Of a stretch of 64,000 nucleotides of DNA, positions 57,729-64,000 are shown one piece after another. Under the pieces are notes generated by a model. The model was not told where the DNA came from and did no database searches. It was given only the letters and a program-made list of their open reading frames with translations. Position 1 is the stretch's first letter. Each line of letters begins with the position of its first letter. This DNA comes from an uncultured Gemmatimonadales bacterium. Lineage in GTDB: Bacteria > Gemmatimonadota > Gemmatimonadetes > Gemmatimonadales > Gemmatimonadaceae. The translations under genes and the position numbers were made by a program. Where the stretch lies: NCBI GenBank assembly GCA_963793305.1, contig CAWBZV010000005.1, forward strand, positions 1,376,001-1,440,000, given 5' to 3'.

Positions 57729-58541
57729 TGCAAGATTCTCGTCATTGGCAGCCGCCGACTGGGACACTTGGCGCCCTGGTGGATCGGGCATACGACCGGG
57801 CCCGGCAGCTCGATATCGAGGCCCTCAAAGCCGCCGCTTCCGCCACGCCAATCCCCCCCTCGTTCATCGAGGCGCTGCGCCGCGATGATGTCGGCGTCAT
57901 AGCGGAGATCAAGCGCCGGTCTCCGTCGCAAGGTGACATCAACCTCGCGCTTCGCGCTGGCGTGCAGGCCGCCGCTTATATCGAAGGCGGCGCCGCGGCG
58001 TTGTCGGTGCTCACCGAGCCCGATCAATTCGGCGGATCGTTGGCTGATCTCACCGAGGTGCGCGCGGCAGTCGCGGTCCCGCTGCTTCGAAAAGATTTCA
58101 TAGTCGACTACACCCAGATCGTCGAAGCCCGGGCGAACGGAGCGTCTGCTGTGTTGTTGATCGTCCGAGCGCTCGACCCGCTCGAGCTCGCCGATCTGAT
58201 GGAGGAAGCCAGCGCGTTCAACCTGACGCCGCTGGTCGAGATCCACGACCAGTGGGAGCTCAATGTCGCGCTGGCCCACGATGCGAAAGTGATCGGCGTA
58301 AACAATCGTGATCTCGAGACGTTGGTGGTCGACCCGCAGAACGTCCATTCGCTTGACGCCTAAGATCCCCGGTTGGGTGATCGCGATCGCCGAGAGCGGC
58401 ATCGCCGACCGCTCCGGTGTCGAGCTCCAGGCCGCCGCCGGCGCCGACGCCATCTTGTGCGGCTCGGCGGTCTCGGCCGCCCAAGACCCAGCCGCCGCCG
58501 TGCGCGCGCTCGTCGGCGTTCCGCGCGTGTGCCGGCCGTAA
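57728..58541 (+). CDS. trpC: Indole-3-glycerol phosphate synthase (frameshift near 58340)
   Basis: IAEIKRRSPS, SVLTE, LRKDF, GVNNRDL; AESGI in the next frame. Confidence 0.93.
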
Positions 58542-59155
58542 AATTTTGCGGCCTCCGCCGCGCGGAAGACGCGGCGGAGGCGGTGCGGCTCGGCGCCAAC
58601 TACGTCGGCGTGATCTTCGCCGGCGGCCCGCGCCTGGTCACGGTCGAGGAAGCCCGTACGGTGCTCGGACCGACCCGTGGCGCGGCTGTTCGCCGAGTCG
58701 GGGTCTTTGGCGCCGTGTCGCCGGCCGCCGTCGCCCGGGTCGTCGCTGAAGTCGCGCTCGACGTTGTCCAGCTGTCCGCCGACCCGGACGCCGAGATGGT
58801 CGAGGCGGTCCGCGCAGCCTCGGGGGCGGAGATCTGGGCAGCGGTCCGTTGCACCACCGAGTTTCCCCAGAGAGCTCTAGTTCTTTTCGAGCATGCCGAC
58901 GCCGTTCTCCTTGACGCGAAAGTCGATGGAAAGCTCGGCGGGACCGGCCGGACGCTCCCATGGGAGAACTTCGCGCGGGTGCGTACGCCGGGCCGGCGCC
59001 TGGTGCTCGCCGGTGGCCTCACGCCAGAGAACGTCGCCGAGGCGATAACAGTGCTCCAGCCAGATGTCGTCGACGTATCCTCCGGCGTAGAGACCGCGCC
59101 GGGGATCAAAGATCACGAGCGCATGCGCGCGTTCTTAGAAGCCACTCACCCATAA
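58529..59155 (+). CDS. trpF: Phosphoribosylanthranilate isomerase
   Basis: VKFCGL, GGTG, LAGGLTPENV, VDVSSGVE. Confidence 0.94.
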   Translation: MPAVKFCGLRRAEDAAEAVRLGANYVGVIFAGGPRLVTVEEARTVLGPTRGAAVRRVGVFGAVSPAAVARVVAEVALDVVQLSADPDAEMVEAVRAASGAEIWAAVRCTTEFPQRALVLFEHADAVLLDAKVDGKLGGTGRTLPWENFARVRTPGRRLVLAGGLTPENVAEAITVLQPDVVDVSSGVETAPGIKDHERMRAFLEATHP

Positions 59156-59161
59156 AATCAA

Positions 59162-60322
59162 ATGGACGATCGCTTTGGTGCTTTTGGTGGACGTTACGTC
59201 CCGGAAACCCTGATCCCGGCGCTCGAGGAGCTGGATTGCGCGTTCCAGGCGTCCCTTGTCGATCCCGGGTTCCTGGCCGAGTGGAATGACCTCCTCACGA
59301 ACTACGTCGGCCGCCCGTCGCCTTTGAGTAGCGCGCCGCGTTTTTCGGAGCGAATCGGTGCGCCCGTGTATCTCAAACGCGAAGACCTGAATCACACGGG
59401 CGCCCACAAGATCAACAACACGGTGGGCCAAGCGCTGATCGCCCGACGGATGGGAAAGACCCGGATCATCGCCGAAACGGGAGCCGGACAACATGGCGTC
59501 GCGACGGCGACGATTTGTGCCCGTTTTGGGTTGCAATGCGTCGTGTACATGGGCGCAGAAGACATGCGGCGCCAGGAACTCAACGTCTATCGGATGCGGC
59601 TGATGGGAGCGTCGGTCGTCCCGGTCGAGAGTGGTACGCGAACGCTCAAGGATGCGACTACCGAAGCCATCCGCGACTGGGTCACTAACGTCACCGACAG
59701 CCACTACATAATCGGATCAGTGGTCGGCCCGGCTCCCTATCCTCGTATGGTACGTCACTTCCAGTCCGTGATCGGCCGCGAGGCGCGCGAGCAGATGCTC
59801 GCTCGCACGTCGCGTCTGCCGAAGACGGTCGTCGCCTGCGTCGGCGGGGGCTCGAACGCGATCGGGATTTTCTCAGGCTTTGTCGATGATTCGCAAGTCG
59901 ATCTCGTTGGGGTAGAAGCGGCGGGCCTGGGTCTCGACACGGGCCATCATTCGGCCTCCCTCTCGTGCGGCACGCCAGGCGTCCTCCATGGCTCGCTCTC
60001 CTACCTGCTGCAAGACGCCGCCGGTCAGGTACACCCCGCGCACTCGATCTCAGCAGGTCTGGACTATCCCGGTGTCGGCCCCGAGCACTCCTACCTGAAG
60101 GACAGCGGTCGGGCCGAATACGTGTCGATAACTGATGACGAAGCCATCAAAGGATTCGAGTTGTTGAGCAAGACCGAAGGCGTCATCCCCGCGCTGGAAA
60201 CGGCCCATGCCGTGGCGTGGATCGCGAAGTCCGCCGGCCGGTGGTCGTCGGACGAGCCGGTGCTGCTCTGCGTGAGCGGCCGCGGCGACAAAGACGTCGC
60301 CCAACTCAGCAGCATGAAATGA
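59162..60322 (+). CDS. trpB: Tryptophan synthase beta chain
   Basis: [39 protein letters not shown]. Confidence 0.98.
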   Translation: MDDRFGAFGGRYVPETLIPALEELDCAFQASLVDPGFLAEWNDLLTNYVGRPSPLSSAPRFSERIGAPVYLKREDLNHTGAHKINNTVGQALIARRMGKTRIIAETGAGQHGVATATICARFGLQCVVYMGAEDMRRQELNVYRMRLMGASVVPVESGTRTLKDATTEAIRDWVTNVTDSHYIIGSVVGPAPYPRMVRHFQSVIGREAREQMLARTSRLPKTVVACVGGGSNAIGIFSGFVDDSQVDLVGVEAAGLGLDTGHHSASLSCGTPGVLHGSLSYLLQDAAGQVHPAHSISAGLDYPGVGPEHSYLKDSGRAEYVSITDDEAIKGFELLSKTEGVIPALETAHAVAWIAKSAGRWSSDEPVLLCVSGRGDKDVAQLSSMK

Positions 60323-62037
60323 CCGCGGCATCCGCGCAGGTCGCCGAGCAAGACGACGACGCCCCGGAAACCCCGTTTCCGCCGGCGCCGGTCATCGAGC
60401 TCTTCAAACTGTTCACCAAAGGCGTCCGCGCGCACCAGCTCTACATGCACAATAATCCCACCTATCTCAAGGCACTGGAGGTCTTGAGAGGTGGGTTCGC
60501 TCCAGTATGGGAGCACACCGATAGCGTCACGTTCACGATCACCGAGAGCACGCTCGTCTGGGAAGGCGTGACGGTGCTCGACGAATCCAGCAAATCGTCC
60601 GAGAGCCTCGCCTGGACCTTCTACAAGGACGGTGTACGCGAGCTCCGCTTCGAGAAGGGCTTCGAAGCCGACGACCTCGTCGCGTTCCTCGACGTGATCC
60701 AGCGCGCGCGACGCGCCAGCGAGGATGACGACCTTCTCGTGATGCTGTGGGAGAACGACCTGGCCCACTTGCGCTATCGCTATATCGATATCGGCAACGA
60801 CACGTCGGGCGTTCCGGACTTCTCGACGGAAGCGCCCGAGCCGCGCGTGATCGAGCCGCCAGGGGCGGACGATGCGCCGACGCCGGACGAGACCTTACTC
60901 CAGTCCCGCCCGGGCACCGTCAATCTCGAAGACTTCGACGCGACGCTCTACTTCCTCGACCAACACGAGGTCGAGTATCTCAAGGGCGAGGTCGAGAAAG
61001 AGTACGCGAGCGATCTCAGGGCGAACGTGCTGGCCATCCTGCTCGACATCTTCGAGCTCCAGGCCGACGGCGCCGTTCGCACCGAGATCGGCGAAATTCT
61101 CGACGGGCTCATGCTCCTGCTCTTGAGCGCGGCGCAGTTCCAATCCGTCGCCTACTTGATCAAGGAAACGCGCGACGCGGCCGAGCGGACCAAGGGGCTG
61201 GAGCCGCCGCACCGGGCGCTGTTGGCGAAGATTCCCGATCGCTTGAGCGATCCGATGGCGCTCGCTCAGGTACTGCAATCGCTCGACGAGGGCCACGAGC
61301 TGCCGCCGCAGGAAGATCTCAATGCGCTGTTCGATCAGCTCCGTCCGTCGGCGCTGGCGACGATCTTCGACTGGGTGGGCCGCGTCAACAATCCCGCCGT
61401 CCGCACGCTGCTGCAGACCGCGGGCACGCGCATTGCCGTGGCCCATACGTCCGAGCTCATGAAGCTGATCGGGAACAGCGATCGCGTGGTCGCGGTCGAG
61501 GCGATCCGGCGCGCGGGCGCCATGAAAAGCGCCGCGGCCGTCGCGCCGCTGGGCAAGCGCACGTCGGACCGCGACCCGGGCACGCGCCTCGCCGCCGTCC
61601 AGGCGCTCGCCGACATCGGCTCGGCCGGCGCGCTCCAATGGCTGGAGCGCGCGGTCGAGGACGATGACCGCGATGTGCGTGTCGCCGTTGCCCGCGCACT
61701 GACGGCCCGCGCCTATCGCCCGGCCCTGCCCAAGGTCGAGGCGATCGTGAAGGGCAAGGCGATCCGCGACGCGGATCTGACCGAGCGCATGGCGATGTTC
61801 GAGGCCTACGGCGCGCTCTCCGGAGACGCCGGCGTGCCGCTGCTCGACAAGATTCTCAACGAGCGCACGTTCCTCGGCAAACGCGAGGAGCCCGAGATGC
61901 GCGCGTGCGCGGCGATGGCGTTGGGTCGCATCGGCACCGACAAAGCGACCGAGTCGCTTCGCAAGTCGGTCAATGAGAAAGAGGTGATCGTGCGGAACGC
62001 CGTGAGCAAGGCGCTGCGCGGGGGTAATCAGGCATGA
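60319..62037 (+). CDS. HEAT/PBS-lyase repeat protein
   Basis: C-terminal repeats [45 protein letters not shown] overlap with trpB. Confidence 0.85.
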   Translation: MTAASAQVAEQDDDAPETPFPPAPVIELFKLFTKGVRAHQLYMHNNPTYLKALEVLRGGFAPVWEHTDSVTFTITESTLVWEGVTVLDESSKSSESLAWTFYKDGVRELRFEKGFEADDLVAFLDVIQRARRASEDDDLLVMLWENDLAHLRYRYIDIGNDTSGVPDFSTEAPEPRVIEPPGADDAPTPDETLLQSRPGTVNLEDFDATLYFLDQHEVEYLKGEVEKEYASDLRANVLAILLDIFELQADGAVRTEIGEILDGLMLLLLSAAQFQSVAYLIKETRDAAERTKGLEPPHRALLAKIPDRLSDPMALAQVLQSLDEGHELPPQEDLNALFDQLRPSALATIFDWVGRVNNPAVRTLLQTAGTRIAVAHTSELMKLIGNSDRVVAVEAIRRAGAMKSAAAVAPLGKRTSDRDPGTRLAAVQALADIGSAGALQWLERAVEDDDRDVRVAVARALTARAYRPALPKVEAIVKGKAIRDADLTERMAMFEAYGALSGDAGVPLLDKILNERTFLGKREEPEMRACAAMALGRIGTDKATESLRKSVNEKEVIVRNAVSKALRGGNQA

Positions 62038-63528
62038 CCGCGCCCGCCAAGCCGCCAGCCAAGCCGCCGCGCGAGGGCGTCTCGAACCCTCACAAGAACG
62101 AGTCGGGCAGCGATGCCGCCGTCCGCAAAGTTGGCCGCGCGTTCATCATCACGTTCTACGGCGCGCTGCGGGCGATCAAGCTGTACCCGGTCGAAAACGC
62201 GGCCGTGCAAAAGTCGCTCGACGACCTGACGCAATCGAGCCGGATGCTGCTGCACCAGGAGAAGGAGCTCGAGTTCCGGGCCAGCGGCGAATTCATTTTT
62301 ATCAACCAGACGCGTTTACGCCTGGACGTCGACAACTACACGAGCTTCAGCAACCTGTTGTCGCTGTTCCGCGCCAACGGGGTAGGCTCGCTCCGGGTGG
62401 CGGAGGGCGTCACCGCCCGCGAGTGGCTCGTATTGCTGTCGCTGCTCCAGGCGCCAGGCAACGAAGGCCCCGAGGAGCGCTACTTCCAGCTCGCCGGCAA
62501 GCTGGAGCAAGCGAAGGTGCTGTCGTTCGAATTCGGCCCGCCGGTCGATGCCGGTCTCGATGCCCAAGTCAAAGAGCAGGTCAAGGAGGCGGCGAAGCGC
62601 ACCTATCGCCAGTCCGTCGCGGTCACGAAAGAGTGCATCAACTCGGTTCGCCTCGGCAAAGCCCCGAACGTCAAGAAGCTGAAACGGATAGTGCAGGGGA
62701 TCGTCGACGCGATCCTGAACGACGAGACATCGCTCTTCGGCCTGACGACCATCCGCGATTACGACGAGTACACGTTCACGCACAGCGTCAACGTGTGTAT
62801 CTTCTCGGTCGCCCTCGGCCGACGCCTCGGCCTTGGGAAGCTCCAGTTGTACGATCTGGGGCTGGCGGCGTTGTTTCACGACATCGGCAAAGCGCGCGTC
62901 CCGGTGGACGTGCTGAACAAAGCCGAAGGACTGTCCGAGGAAGAGTGGCGGCTCATCACGAATCATCCCTGGCTCGGCGTGCTCTCGCTGTTCCGCATGC
63001 GTGGCTCGCAGGATCTCCCCTATCGGTCGATGGTGGTCGCCTACGAGCACCACATGAAGACCGATCTGTCGGGCTATCCCAAGGTCGTCCGTCCGCGATC
63101 GAATGTCCATCTTCAGCAAGATCGTGGCGGTCGCCGACGGGTTCGACGCCGCGACCTCGCGACGCGCGTATCAGACCGACCCCTTGTCGCCCGCGGCCGT
63201 CCTGCAGGAGATGCGGGACAATCCGAAGCGTGGCATGGACCCGGTCGTCGTCAAAGCCTTTATCAACCTGCTCGGGTTGTACCCGGTGGGCACGCTGGTC
63301 GTCCTCGATACCTTCGAGCTGGGGATCGTCCACTCGGCGAATCCCAACCCCGAAGTGATGTCGCGCCCGATCGTGCGTGTCGTCAGCGACCCGCAGGGCA
63401 ATATTCTGCACCCGGGTACGCTCGTGGACATGGCCGAGCAGAACGCCAGTGGCGTCTTCGTTCGGACGATCATCAAAACTGCCGACCCGGATCGATATGG
63501 CATCCGGATCGGTGACTATTTCGTTTGA
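62034..63528 (+). CDS. HD-GYP domain phosphodiesterase (frameshift near 63102)
   Basis: HSVNV, FHDIGK, HP, EHH..DLSGYP; IVAVADGFDA and GLYPVGT in the next frame. Confidence 0.9.
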
Positions 63529-64000
63529 GGCGCTTCGCGCCCAGGGCAAACGCGCGCTCGTCTGCTACATCACGGCCGGCCACCCGACGCTGGCTGCCTC
63601 GGCTGAGCTCCTTGGCTCGCTGGCCGACGCCGGCGCTGATATCGTCGAAGTCGGCGTCCCGTTCTCGGATCCGTTAGCCGACGGCCCGGTTATCCAAGCG
63701 AGCAGCCAGCAGGCCCTCTCACTCGGTGTCACATATTCTCGCGTTCTAGATCTCGTCGCGTCGACACGTCCGTCGATCCCGGTGGTACTGTTCTCGTACC
63801 TGAACCCGATCCTGGCCGCGGGCCCGGATGCACTGAGTAAGGCGCGCGCCGCCGGCGCCGCCGGGATTCTGATCACCGATCTGCCCGTAGGAGCCGATCC
63901 AGCCCGCGAGAAGTGGCTGGGCGAGAGTGGCCTGGACTTCGTGCGCCTGGTTGCCCCAACAACGCCGAAAGAACGCATGGCCGAAATTGCCCGCCACGGC
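63497..64000 (+). CDS. trpA: Tryptophan synthase alpha chain (3' truncated; not in ORF track)
   Basis: Manual translation: YITAGHP, EVGVPFSDPLADGPVIQ, YLNP, DLP, LVAPTTP. Confidence 0.95.
   Translation, partial: MASGSVTISFEALRAQGKRALVCYITAGHPTLAASAELLGSLADAGADIVEVGVPFSDPLADGPVIQASSQQALSLGVTYSRVLDLVASTRPSIPVVLFSYLNPILAAGPDALSKARAAGAAGILITDLPVGADPAREKWLGESGLDFVRLVAPTTPKERMAEIARHG

Noticed and set aside
57728..58541. Pseudogene calls for trpC, purC and other frameshifted genes
   Set aside because: Each has a single indel with otherwise intact motifs, mostly at the same sequence motif, which favours sequencing error; not provable without reads.

Overview
High-GC bacterial chromosomal segment, densely coding and mostly housekeeping. 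Gene order, the 'LSAC..STGP' lipoproteins and the tmRNA tag suggest Gemmatimonadota (inference). Contents in order: tsf-pyrH-frr-cdsA-dxr-rseP (uppS absent), a Ser/Thr kinase, rpsO-pnp-M16 peptidase-ald-deacetylase, a ferredoxin plus geranylgeranyl-reductase-like pair, mreBCD-mrdA-rodA, accD-folC-hisS-proS-lysA-phosphoesterase-guaA. A small accessory patch follows guaA (two membrane ORFs, a four-helix-bundle gene missed by the ORF track, a family B DNA polymerase, isochorismatase, NTF2-like protein, PTS IIA). Then dusB-larB-tmRNA, an orphan chemoreceptor, ppdK plus a Clp-N-only protein, a pur operon containing psd/pssA, htrA, a transaldolase homologue lacking catalytic residues, truA, and a trp cluster interrupted by lexA and by a HEAT-repeat/HD-GYP pair. 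Best leads: (1) a one-piece tmRNA with the alphaproteobacterial-type GGCAGUA T-loop; (2) the HEAT/HD-GYP pair, whose proteins share an N-terminal domain, inside trpB-trpA; (3) six of eight frameshifts sit on GAAYGTC, probably a motif-dependent base-calling error that may reveal a methylation motif; (4) a pseudo-transaldolase; (5) a direct-repeat SOS box at lexA; (6) several apparently leaderless genes. No CRISPR array, rRNA, tRNA, integrase or transposase was seen.
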